Shown here: one piece after another, positions 1-7,150 of the stretch
Numbering within the stretch: the stretch's first letter is position 1
Layout: each line of letters begins with the position of its first letter
Assembly: GCA_039000985.1 (NCBI GenBank)
Contig: JAWBMD010000018.1
Location: 1 to 12,626 of the forward strand
DNA: 12,626 nucleotides
Source of the DNA: Candidatus Aenigmatarchaeota archaeon
GTDB lineage: Archaea > Aenigmatarchaeota > Aenigmatarchaeia > CG10238-14 > SpSt-28
Reading direction: 5' to 3'
The notes under the pieces: model-generated
What the model was told of the DNA's origin: nothing
Database searches by the model: none
Seen by the model: the letters and a program-made list of their open reading frames with translations, nothing else
Translations under genes and position numbers: made by a program

Positions 1-85
1 CTCTTGCTTCTTTTTTTCTTGGATCACTTTTTTCCCAAGCTTCTACCGTTGCCACATCAATGTCGAATGCTACTCTCTCTTTCAT
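1..85 (-). CDS. Hypothetical protein, 5' part only (runs off the window edge): MKERVAFDIDVATVEAWEKSDPRKKEAR...
   Basis: ATG at 85-83 overlaps the TGA of the 191-aa ORF (ATGA coupling), and the frame stays open to position 1. Confidence 0.65.
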   Translation of the reverse strand, partial: MKERVAFDIDVATVEAWEKSDPRKKEAR

Positions 86-657
86 ATCACATCACTTATC
101 ACAATATTTGAACCAACTTTCTTAATAGCAACACCATTCAAATTGAGATAAGGTGAAGCTGAGGAGAGCTTGATATTACCATTAACATCTAATTTTTCAG
201 AAGGTGCCGTTGTCCCTATGCCAACGCTGCCTCCAGATTGATAAATTATTGAATTTCCCAAACTTGAGGAAGAACTCCAAATTGGAATATAATTAGCAGT
301 GCCACTTCCATTGACAACTCCTTGAGTAGCATTAATTTGAATGCAAGTTAAACTTGAACCTATAATTCTAACAGCATATCCTTCTGGACAACCAGCTGGA
401 AAGTTTATTAATCTTTCCCAAGGTACATTTCCTCCTTGCAAAGTTCCACTCCAATAAACATTTCCAATAACATGTAAAGGATATAAAGGATAACTTGTAT
501 TAATTCCAACATAACTAACATTTATAATATTTTTTAGAAACATATCAAGATTTACATCTATAGGTTTAATTTCGCTTAAAGGATGTGATTGTAGTTGAGC
601 AAAAGCAAATGATAAAGAAATTAGTAATAAAACAATGGTTTTAATTATGGTTATCAT
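82..657 (-). CDS. Secreted/surface protein with GIGT-type beta repeats (adhesin or fibre-like)
   Basis: N-terminal signal peptide (MITIIKTIVLLLISLSFAFA). Two repeats, VGINTSYPLYPLHVIGNV and VGIGTTAPSEKLDVNGNI. GSGTANYIPIW motif, a Cys pair (CPEGY...LTC) and four N-x-S/T sequons (NVS, NTS, NAT, NGS). Confidence 0.75.
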   Translation of the reverse strand: MITIIKTIVLLLISLSFAFAQLQSHPLSEIKPIDVNLDMFLKNIINVSYVGINTSYPLYPLHVIGNVYWSGTLQGGNVPWERLINFPAGCPEGYAVRIIGSSLTCIQINATQGVVNGSGTANYIPIWSSSSSLGNSIIYQSGGSVGIGTTAPSEKLDVNGNIKLSSASPYLNLNGVAIKKVGSNIVISDVI

Positions 658-794
658 TTTTGCTTTTCCAAAGATTTTTTAAGTAAATATTCTATAGCTG
701 AAGACAAATCATCAAATCCATTCTTTTTGGCAAATTCCTCTAACTCAATCCATAACCTGCTATCTAAATAAATTGATTTTCCAGACTTTACCAC
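654..794 (-). CDS. Ribbon-helix-helix (CopG/Arc-like) DNA-binding protein, 46 aa: MVKSGKSIYLDSRLWIELEEFAKKNGFDDLSSAIEYLLKKSLEKQK
   Basis: Manual translation from GTG 794. The pattern is beta strand (KSIYLD), helix (LWIELEEFAKKNG), helix (LSSAIEYLL). Its TGA overlaps the ATG of the next gene (ATGA). It is below the ORF-track size cutoff. Confidence 0.75.
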   Translation of the reverse strand: MVKSGKSIYLDSRLWIELEEFAKKNGFDDLSSAIEYLLKKSLEKQK

Positions 795-795
795 A

Positions 796-842
796 AATAC
801 AATATTGTACTATACTATTTAAATAGTTTACTATATTGTATT
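796..842 (-). promoter_or_regulatory. TATA box within nested palindromes; probable autoregulatory operator of the RHH gene
   Basis: Perfect palindromes TACAATATTGTA (798-809) and ACTATTTAAATAGT (814-827, containing TTTAAATA about 25 nt upstream of the GTG). Outer arms are AATACAATAT (796-805) and ATATTGTATT (833-842). Confidence 0.55.
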
Positions 843-1020
843 GTATATTTTCAAAAATATATTTTGAAAAAGTAAAGTTTGTCAAAAATTTACAACTCAA
901 ATATAACAACAAATAGATTTTTAAAGTGAAGTTTTTATCAAGTTTTATTATAAAGTAGGAGGAGATATTGCAAGAACAGTCAAGGTGCTAATTTGTATAT
1001 CTTAATGCCATATTTTTCTT

Positions 1021-1342
1021 TCAAAATTTTGCTTTTTTCAAAGCTTCTTCTGCATCGGTTTTAGTAAAAGCTTTAACAGGACTCCAGATTTCTGTCTTTC
1101 TTCGAAAAGGATATCTTGTAATCTCATAAGCTTTTTTTTTCTAAAATTTTTTTTGCTTTATCGGCAACAAAGTGACTTTCAACAAATTCATTTTTTAAAA
1201 TCAAAAGTGCTTTAATTGCTTTTTCTGTTGCTTGCTGAGAGTGGTATGCAGAATTATTAAAGTTGTTTGTCTCAAGTAAAATTTTTGCACTTTTTAAGTC
1301 GGCTTCTGCTATAACAAAAACTCTTCAGCCAATTATTTTCAT
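1021..1342 (-). pseudogene. HEPN-domain protein (toxin of an MNT-HEPN pair), disrupted
   Basis: Fragments read MKIIG*RVFVIAEADLKSAKILLETNNFNNSAYHSQQATEKAIKALLILKNEFVESH... After a frameshift near the A9 run (1132-1140) the sequence reads AYEITRYPFRRKTEIWSPVKAFTKTDAEEALKKAKF*. QQAxEKAxKA, H and RYP are HEPN family hallmarks. Confidence 0.8.
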
Positions 1343-1417
1343 ATTCAAAATAAATAGGATTAGTTTTTCAATCCACACAATGCCAAAAAGTAAGGGATTT
1401 ATAGGCTCAAAAATTTC

Positions 1418-1675
1418 TTAGGGCTCAACAAGAATTGAAGAAATTTTTATTGCATATTTTTCAAAAATTTTCGATTCTAAGTCAGAAATAAGATCAAATC
1501 TTTCCTTTATATCTGGTAAATTTTTAGCAATTATTAAAATATCATAATCTGAATCTTTTCTTGCTAAGTTCTTAACTCTCGAACCGAAAAAAACAATACT
1601 AATTAAATTATTTTTAAATTTCTTTTTGCATTCTTCTGAGAAATCTTTTAGTGCTTTTTTAATTTTTTCTTCCAT
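1418..1675 (-). CDS. Minimal nucleotidyltransferase (MNT, Pol-beta-like antitoxin), probably truncated by a premature stop
   Basis: Motif FFGSRVKNLARKDSDYDILII (GS...DxD). It lies directly upstream of the HEPN remnant. After the TAA the frame continues with MNT-like residues EIFEPINPLLFGIV. Confidence 0.85.
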   Translation of the reverse strand: MEEKIKKALKDFSEECKKKFKNNLISIVFFGSRVKNLARKDSDYDILIIAKNLPDIKERFDLISDLESKIFEKYAIKISSILVEP

Positions 1676-1764
1676 ACTTAATAATTATATGTTTAGTTCA
1701 AATTACAATAAAATTAAAGAAAATTCATGTCAAAAGAAATTTTTGCTAACTTGCTTTTCTAGGA

Positions 1765-1914
1765 TTAACCAGATTTTCTTTCTATAGCTTTTTTCAAGAT
1801 TCTTGTTACTGTAGATTCTAATTCTTTTTTACTTACCTTTCGGGATGGTACCAAAACTTTTACCTTTTTCCCATTTAGTATTATTGTTTTTTCTATTTGT
1901 GTTAATTTCTTCAT
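1765..1914 (-). CDS. Small basic protein, 49 aa, paralog of 2490..2645: MKKLTQIEKTIILNGKKVKVLVPSRKVSKKELESTVTRILKKAIERKSG
   Basis: Manual translation. It shares 20/35 identical residues with the 2490..2645 product over a gap-free core and overlaps the PIN ORF tail in another frame. Confidence 0.6.
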   Translation of the reverse strand: MKKLTQIEKTIILNGKKVKVLVPSRKVSKKELESTVTRILKKAIERKSG

Positions 1915-2416
1915 AATTTTCTTTTCTCATTAGAATATTTAAATAATATTTTATGAAGTCGACATAACTTATTATATTTGGATAGAATTGCTTACATTTC
2001 TCTAGAATTTCTTTATCACCAGTTAAAAATTTAAACCCAAAAGTTTTCGCTATAGATAAATGCTGGAGATTTGTTACTCTTTTCTTTATTTCTGTTTTCT
2101 TAACAATCTCTGTTATATCTTCGAGAACTTTTTCAAAGCTTATTTCTGTTAATTTTAGTTCTGTTATGTTAAGATGAGCTATAAACTTGATCCAAAGGTT
2201 ATTTATTTCTTCTTCCTTAACTTTAAGCTCTGTTCTAAGTCTTCTAAAAACTTCGGATTTTGTGAGTGTTGAAGTAAAGTACTTGAAATATTTCTTCCCT
2301 CTTCTTAAGTTTTCGATTATTTTTGGTTCTTTAAATTTTCCACCTTTCAATTCCTTAGCTTTCTGTAAAAAATATCCGTAAATTATGTTTGTATCCAGGT
2401 AGATTTTTTCCTTCAT
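1829..2416 (-). CDS. PIN-domain (VapC-like) ribonuclease/toxin
   Basis: Motifs IYLDTN, STLTKSEV, NLQHLSIA and FLTGDKE. The last ~30 aa overlap the next small ORF and look like read-through. Confidence 0.8.
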   Translation of the reverse strand: MKEKIYLDTNIIYGYFLQKAKELKGGKFKEPKIIENLRRGKKYFKYFTSTLTKSEVFRRLRTELKVKEEEINNLWIKFIAHLNITELKLTEISFEKVLEDITEIVKKTEIKKRVTNLQHLSIAKTFGFKFLTGDKEILEKCKQFYPNIISYVDFIKYYLNILMRKENYEEINTNRKNNNTKWEKGKSFGTIPKGK

Positions 2417-2489
2417 ATTCTTGCTAGCTTTCCTGCATAATATTAAAATAATAGATGCTTTTGCTAAGGTAAAGTTATCAAGAATAAAT

Positions 2490-2645
2490 TTATCCGGCTT
2501 TCTCTCTTTCTATAGCTTTTTTCAAAATTTCCGTAATTCTTTTCTCGAATTCCTCTTTGCCTATTGTTTTTTTGGATACTGAAACTTTTACTTTTCTTCC
2601 ACCTAATATTTTTGTTACTATCTTGAAATCTTTATCTTCTCTCAT
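2490..2645 (-). CDS. Small basic protein, 51 aa, candidate antitoxin upstream of PIN: MREDKDFKIVTKILGGRKVKVSVSKKTIGKEEFEKRITEILKKAIEREKAG
   Basis: Manual translation. A TATA-like TAAATATAAA lies just upstream, it sits in the antitoxin position, and it has a paralog at 1765..1914. Confidence 0.65.
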   Translation of the reverse strand: MREDKDFKIVTKILGGRKVKVSVSKKTIGKEEFEKRITEILKKAIEREKAG

Positions 2646-2817
2646 AACTATTGTTTTTTTTTTATATTTAGATTTTCAACCAGCTTTTATTACATCATGA
2701 TTTTTTAAAATTGGTAAAATTTTCTTTTTTAATTGTGATAAATTTTATTATTCCTCTATTGATTATATTGCAAATAATTTCAGTTAAAAAGTAATCTTTT
2801 TGCAAATTCGCAATTAT

Positions 2818-2889
2818 TGGACCTGCCGGGATTTGAACCCGGAGTTCCCACCTTGCGAAGGTGGTGTCTTACCATTAGACCACAGGCCC
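2818..2889 (-). tRNA. tRNA-Ala (anticodon CGC), intronless, CCA not encoded
   Basis: Sequence GGGCCTGTGGTCTAATGGTAAGACACCACCTTCGCAAGGTGGGAACTCCGGGTTCAAATCCCGGCAGGTCCA. Acceptor stem GGGCCUG/CAGGUCC has the G3:U70 Ala identity pair. Anticodon arm is CCACC-TTCGCAA-GGTGG, and the T arm has GTTCAAATC. Confidence 0.97.
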
Positions 2890-2927
2890 TTAAGCGCTTT
2901 ATTATTTTTAGTTCAATAAATTTTTAT

Positions 2928-4037
2928 ATGCCAATTGTAGCGTTTTTTGGTGAAATTTTTTTGAAGGGAAAAAATAGGATGGATTTTATTAATAAATTAG
3001 AAAATAACATCAAAAATGCTTTAGGTAATATTAATGTTAAAAAATATCATGATAGGATTGTAATTGATAGTAACGATGAAAAAATTGCAGAGATTTGCTC
3101 AAAAATTTTTGGTGTTGCTTCTGTTTATTTAGCAGAAATTATAGAGAGGAATTTGGATTTAGCTGCCGAGATTGCGAAAAAAGAAATTAAAAATAAAAGT
3201 TATTGTATTAGAGTTGATAGAATTGATAAAAAATTTCCTTTAACTTCTAAAGAAATAGAAAGCTATATTGGAGAAAAAATTGGTGGAAAAGTTGATTTAG
3301 AAAATCCAGAAATAATAATTAGATTTAAAGTTTATGATGATTCGATTTATTTTTTAAAAAAGAAATATGAAGGAATAGGTGGTTTACCTGTTAATACTAG
3401 TGGAAAAGTTTTAAGCTTGCTTTCAGGTGGGATAGATTCTGCAGTTTCCTCTTATTTAATAATGAAGCGTGGCTGTATTGTTGATTTTTTACATTTTTAT
3501 GCTTATAGTTCTGTAAAGGAAGTTGAGCAATCAAAAATTTTTGAATTAATTAAAAAAATTGTAGAGACACAAAAATTGAAAGTTAAGCTTTATTTAATTC
3601 CTTACTATATTTTTCATACAAAAGCTTTGGAAGCAAATATAAAGGAAAAAATTGAACTAATTATTTTTAGAAGGTTTATGATAAGAATTGCAAACGAACT
3701 ATGCAAAAAATATAAGTACAAAGCAATTGTTACTGGGGATAATTTAGGTCAAGTTGCTTCTCAAACTTTAGAAAATTTAGCTCTTGTTGATAAAATTTCA
3801 GAATTTCCAATTTTTAGACCATTGCTTACTTTTGATAAAAAAGAAATAATAGATCTTGCTAAGAAAATAGGAACATATGAAATGAGTATAAAAGATTATA
3901 AAGATTGTTGCTCAATAATCTCTCTCAATCCAGCTACAAAGCCAAAGTTTGAGGATGTTTTGGAAGCAGAGAAAAAAATGGATATAGAGAAAGTTGTTGA
4001 AGATAGTATAAAGGAAATGAGTACTTATGAGCTATAA
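2928..4037 (+). CDS. thiI: tRNA 4-thiouridine(8) synthase ThiI (THUMP plus PP-loop), 369 aa
   Basis: Motifs GEIFLKGKNR, THUMP (RIDKKFPLTS...VDLENP), GIGGLPV, LSLLSGGIDS, TGDNLGQVASQT, FRPL and DCC. The start was moved to ATG 2928 because the ORF-track extension is the antisense tRNA. Confidence 0.95.
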   Translation: MPIVAFFGEIFLKGKNRMDFINKLENNIKNALGNINVKKYHDRIVIDSNDEKIAEICSKIFGVASVYLAEIIERNLDLAAEIAKKEIKNKSYCIRVDRIDKKFPLTSKEIESYIGEKIGGKVDLENPEIIIRFKVYDDSIYFLKKKYEGIGGLPVNTSGKVLSLLSGGIDSAVSSYLIMKRGCIVDFLHFYAYSSVKEVEQSKIFELIKKIVETQKLKVKLYLIPYYIFHTKALEANIKEKIELIIFRRFMIRIANELCKKYKYKAIVTGDNLGQVASQTLENLALVDKISEFPIFRPLLTFDKKEIIDLAKKIGTYEMSIKDYKDCCSIISLNPATKPKFEDVLEAEKKMDIEKVVEDSIKEMSTYEL

Positions 4038-4086
4038 ATCTTAAACTAAAAGACATCAATTTTTTATGTCGCGAATTTTAAAACCT

Positions 4087-4305
4087 TTAGTATTCTTTTT
4101 TATGTTTTTTAAATATAAGAAGCTTACTACATATACTTTCTATATCTTCTTCACTTATCTTTTCTGCAAATTCTTCTAGCATTTCAAATATTTTAGGAAT
4201 TTAGAATTTACAAGCAATTTCCCTCAAGTGAATTTTAGCTTCATAATTTGAAGTGTAAAATGATAAAATCTCAAGCATCTTCCCATTGAAGGTTTTTTCC
4301 TTCAT
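4087..4305 (-). pseudogene. Remnant of an HTH-containing gene (possibly wHTH-nucleotidyltransferase) with an internal stop and probable deletions
   Basis: MKEKTFNGKMLEILSFYTSNYEAKIHLREIACKF*IPKIFEMLEEFAEKISEEDIESICSKLLIFKKHKKEY*. The IHLREIA segment resembles the first helix of an HTH. In-frame TAA at 4201-4203. Confidence 0.45.
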
Positions 4306-4385
4306 ATGTAGTATTTTTCCTACAAATGCTTTATATTAGTTTTTGTATGCTTATTGAAGCTTGGAATAGAGTTACTAGAAAGTTT

Positions 4386-4417
4386 TATTGAACAAATATT
4401 TAAGTTTTTGTTCACTA
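4386..4417 (+). promoter_or_regulatory. Promoter/operator of ATPase copy 1 (inverted repeat around TATA)
   Basis: TATTGAACAAA-tatttaagtt-TTTGTTCACTA, 10/11 arm match, centred about 26 nt upstream of ATG 4428. Confidence 0.6.
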
Positions 4418-4427
4418 TACTATACAT

Positions 4428-5685
4428 ATGAAAGAAGAATTCAAAACAAATTTAGCTGAGTTTGAAGAGTTTAAAATTCCACCATTGATTGAAAAGAGAA
4501 ATTAAACTACCTTCTCATAATCTTATTTCCATAACTGTACATAGAAGAGCAGGTAAAACTTATTTTCTATTTAAAAAAATTAAAGAGCTTGGCAGGGAAA
4601 ATTGTCTTTTCATGAATTTTGAAAGACCTAACTTAATAGGTGCTACCGCAAAAGATTTTAGAGATATGCTTATTGCTTGTCAAGAACTTTATGGTAAAGA
4701 GCCAAAATATTTAATGTTAGATGAAATCCAAGCAGTAAAAAATTGGGAGGTTGGTGTGAGAGAATTACATGATAAAGGAAAATATAACATTTTAATTACA
4801 GGTTCTTCTTCTAAATTACTACCAAAAGAGATAGCAACTCAATTAAGAGGAAGAGTGGTAAATGTGTTATTAATGCCATTTTACTTTAGAGAATTTTTAA
4901 AAGCAAAAAATATTGAAATTGATAAATTTTCAGCTTATACGAAGAAAGGAATTATACTAAAGCTATTGAATAAGTTTTTAGAAAAAGGTGGTTTTCCAGA
5001 ACCAACTCTTAAGCCAGAAATTTATGATGAGCTAATGCTTAGCATAAAAGATGGAATTTTTTATAGAGATATAATTGGTATAAGAAAGACAAAAACTTTT
5101 GAATTTTTAACTAGGGTTTTAGTTTCTAGTTTTTCTTCTTATTACACTTATTCTAAGTTACAAAACATTTTATATTCTTATGGCATAAAAATTTCAAAAA
5201 ATACTATAATAGAATTTGTAAGGATTTTGGAGGAATGTTTTCTTTTATTTTCTGTAGAAAAGTTTCACTTCAAAGTTAAAGAAATATTAAAGAGCCCGAA
5301 AAAAGTTTATGTTGTTGATCAAGGTCTTATTAAGCTTTTTGTACCAAGAGCAAGTAAAGATATTGGAAAATTAATGGAGAATTGTGTATTTTGCGAACTT
5401 AAAAGAATAAGTACTAATGAGATTTTTTACTTAGAAGTAAATCAGAGCGAGGTTGATTTTGTTATAAAGGAAGGTTTAGAAATTAAGCAACTAATACAAG
5501 CTACCTATGCTAGCAATAAAGATGAAATAGAGAAAAGGGAAATTAAGGCTTTAATGAAAGCTAGTGAGCTATTAAGATGTAAAAGCTTGCAAATAATTAC
5601 ATGGGATTATGAAGATGAGTTAAAAGTTAATAACAAAGAAGTTAGATGTAGACCATTATGGAAATGGTTATTAAGATTAGCTTAG
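4428..5685 (+). pseudogene. COG1373-type ATP-binding protein (AAA_14 + DUF4143), copy 1, frameshifted
   Basis: ATG 4428 reads MKEEFKTNLAEFEEFKIPPLIE. One extra A at about 4492-4495 breaks the conserved IERE motif, and the remainder is ORF 4489..5685. Walker A is degenerate (TVHRRAGKT versus GxRRxGK[ST]). Walker B LDEIQ and TGSSSKLL are present. Confidence 0.8.
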
Positions 5686-5740
5686 TATATTGTGTCACAT
5701 GTGACACAAGAAATTTATTATTTGTGTCATAAAAGTATAA
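5671..5740 (+). repeat. 70-bp direct repeat, copy A (gene end RLA* plus TTGTGTCA triple-box promoter element)
   Basis: 69/70 identical to 8399-8468. It contains the perfect 20-bp palindrome TTGTGTCACATGTGACACAA (5690-5709) and a third box at 5722-5729. Confidence 0.92.
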
Positions 5741-5775
5741 TTTTGGCAAGGAGCAGATAAGTTGAATAATACAAA

Positions 5776-5802
5776 TAGAAAGCTTTTTAAAAAAATTTTC
5801 TA
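5776..5802 (+). promoter_or_regulatory. Promoter/operator of ATPase copy 2
   Basis: TAGAAA-gctttttaaaaaaat-TTTCTA, centred 26 nt upstream of ATG 5815. The arms are short. Confidence 0.45.
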
Positions 5803-5814
5803 ATATTATTATAT

Positions 5815-7092
5815 ATGTTTTCAAAAGAAACCATAAGGGAGGTTATTTTGGAGCAAGAGAAAGAGATAGAAGAAACATTTAAAAAAGAAAAAATAATAGA
5901 GAGGGAATTATTAGAAGAGCTACCAAAATTTTTGAATTATCCAAACATTTTAGCGATATTAGGTGTTAGAAGGTGTGGAAAATCGGTTCTTTCTTGGCAA
6001 GTTTTAAAGGATAAAAAATTTGGTTATATAAATTTTGATGATGAAAGATTAAAGGGATTAAAAGCTGATGATTTAAACAAATTTTTACAAGTATTCTATG
6101 AGCTTTATGGAGATCTAGAAAATATAATTTTGGATGAGATTCACAATATCGATGGTTGGGAGCTTTTTGCTAATAGATTGAGAAGAACAAAAAAGGTTAT
6201 AATTACTGGAAGTAATTCAAAGCTTTTATCTGGCGAATTAGCAACTCATTTAACAGGGAGACATATTGATTTTACTTTGTTTCCATTTAGCTTTAGGGAG
6301 TTTTTGATTTATAATAATATAAAATTAGAAGTATACACGACATTAGAAAGAGCACAGATTTTTAATCATCTTCAAAATTATTTATTTGGCAGCGGGTTTC
6401 CAGAATTCCCAAAATTTGGGAAAAAAATTCTTAAGGTAATTTATGAAGATATAATAAAAAAAGATGTTGCTAAGAGAAGGAAAATTAAAAGAGAAGAAGA
6501 GCTGAGAAAAATAGCAAGATTTTTGGTTAGTAATTTTTCTAAAGAGTTTACTTATTCTTCATTAAAAGAAATTTCCACTATTAAGCATTTGTTTACCATT
6601 TCTACTTGGGTTAATGCGTTAGAGGAAGCTTATTTGATAATTAAACTTGAGAGATTTAGTTTTAAATTAAAGCAAAAATTTATTGCACCAAAAAAAGTTT
6701 ATTGTATTGATAATGGTTTAATTAGTGTTGCTGGATTTTTAACAAGTGAAAACATAGGCAGACTTATGGAGAATTTAGTTGCTATAGAGCTCTTTAGGAA
6801 AAAAAGTTATTGGTTTGATGATTGGGAAATTTTTTATTGGAAAGATTACCAACAAAACGAAGTAGACTTTATTGTAAAAGAAGGATTAAAAATTAACCAG
6901 CTTATTCAAGTTACCTATGCTTCAAGCAAGGATGAAATTGATAAAAGGGAAATTAAGGCTTTACTGAAAGCTAGTGAGCAATTGAAATGTGAAAATTTGC
7001 TTATAATTACCTGGGACTATGAGGATGAACTGAAAGTTAATAATAAAACGATTAAATGTATCCCTTTATGGAAATGGTTGTTAAAATTTTAA
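5815..7092 (+). CDS. COG1373-type ATP-binding protein (AAA_14 + wHTH + DUF4143), copy 2
   Basis: Motifs GVRRCGKS, INFDDER, LDEIH, TGSNSKLL, LTGR, PFSFREF, GFPE, KKVYCIDNG, GRLMEN and EVDF. Confidence 0.92.
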   Translation: MFSKETIREVILEQEKEIEETFKKEKIIERELLEELPKFLNYPNILAILGVRRCGKSVLSWQVLKDKKFGYINFDDERLKGLKADDLNKFLQVFYELYGDLENIILDEIHNIDGWELFANRLRRTKKVIITGSNSKLLSGELATHLTGRHIDFTLFPFSFREFLIYNNIKLEVYTTLERAQIFNHLQNYLFGSGFPEFPKFGKKILKVIYEDIIKKDVAKRRKIKREEELRKIARFLVSNFSKEFTYSSLKEISTIKHLFTISTWVNALEEAYLIIKLERFSFKLKQKFIAPKKVYCIDNGLISVAGFLTSENIGRLMENLVAIELFRKKSYWFDDWEIFYWKDYQQNEVDFIVKEGLKINQLIQVTYASSKDEIDKREIKALLKASEQLKCENLLIITWDYEDELKVNNKTIKCIPLWKWLLKF

Positions 7093-7104
7093 ATTTTCAG
7101 TTAG

Positions 7105-7150
7105 AAAGTTGTACTGCATAAATTTATAAATTTTTGTGCAGTATAATTTT
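7105..7150 (+). promoter_or_regulatory. Promoter/operator of ATPase copy 3
   Basis: AAAGTTGTACTGCATAAA-tttataaatt-TTTGTGCAGTATAATTTT, 15/18 arm match around TTTATAAA, centred about 24 nt upstream of ATG 7151. Confidence 0.65.

Noticed and set aside
940..1005. AGGAGG Shine-Dalgarno-like motif at about 957-962 on the plus strand
   Set aside because: It is followed only by a 7-codon TTG frame, so no supportable gene exists.
1021..1675. Stop-codon reassignment or read-through giving an MNT-HEPN fusion
   Set aside because: The interrupting stops differ (TAA and TGA), a frameshift is also needed, and TAA, TAG and TGA all terminate intact genes in this window.
2187..2381. 64-aa plus-strand ORF
   Set aside because: Antisense shadow inside the PIN gene, with no motifs.
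2768..2805. TTGCAAA/TTTGCAA inverted repeat downstream of the tRNA
   Set aside because: The 7-bp AT-rich arms with a 24-nt spacer have no associated start codon and are indistinguishable from chance.
2817..2927. 37-aa N-terminal extension of the ThiI ORF (MDLPGFEPG...)
   Set aside because: It is the antisense reading of tRNA-Ala. ThiI similarity begins at ATG 2928.
5642..5824. 60-aa minus-strand ORF
   Set aside because: It overlaps both flanking ATPase genes in antisense and crosses the promoter repeat. No equivalent ORF is listed at the second repeat copy.
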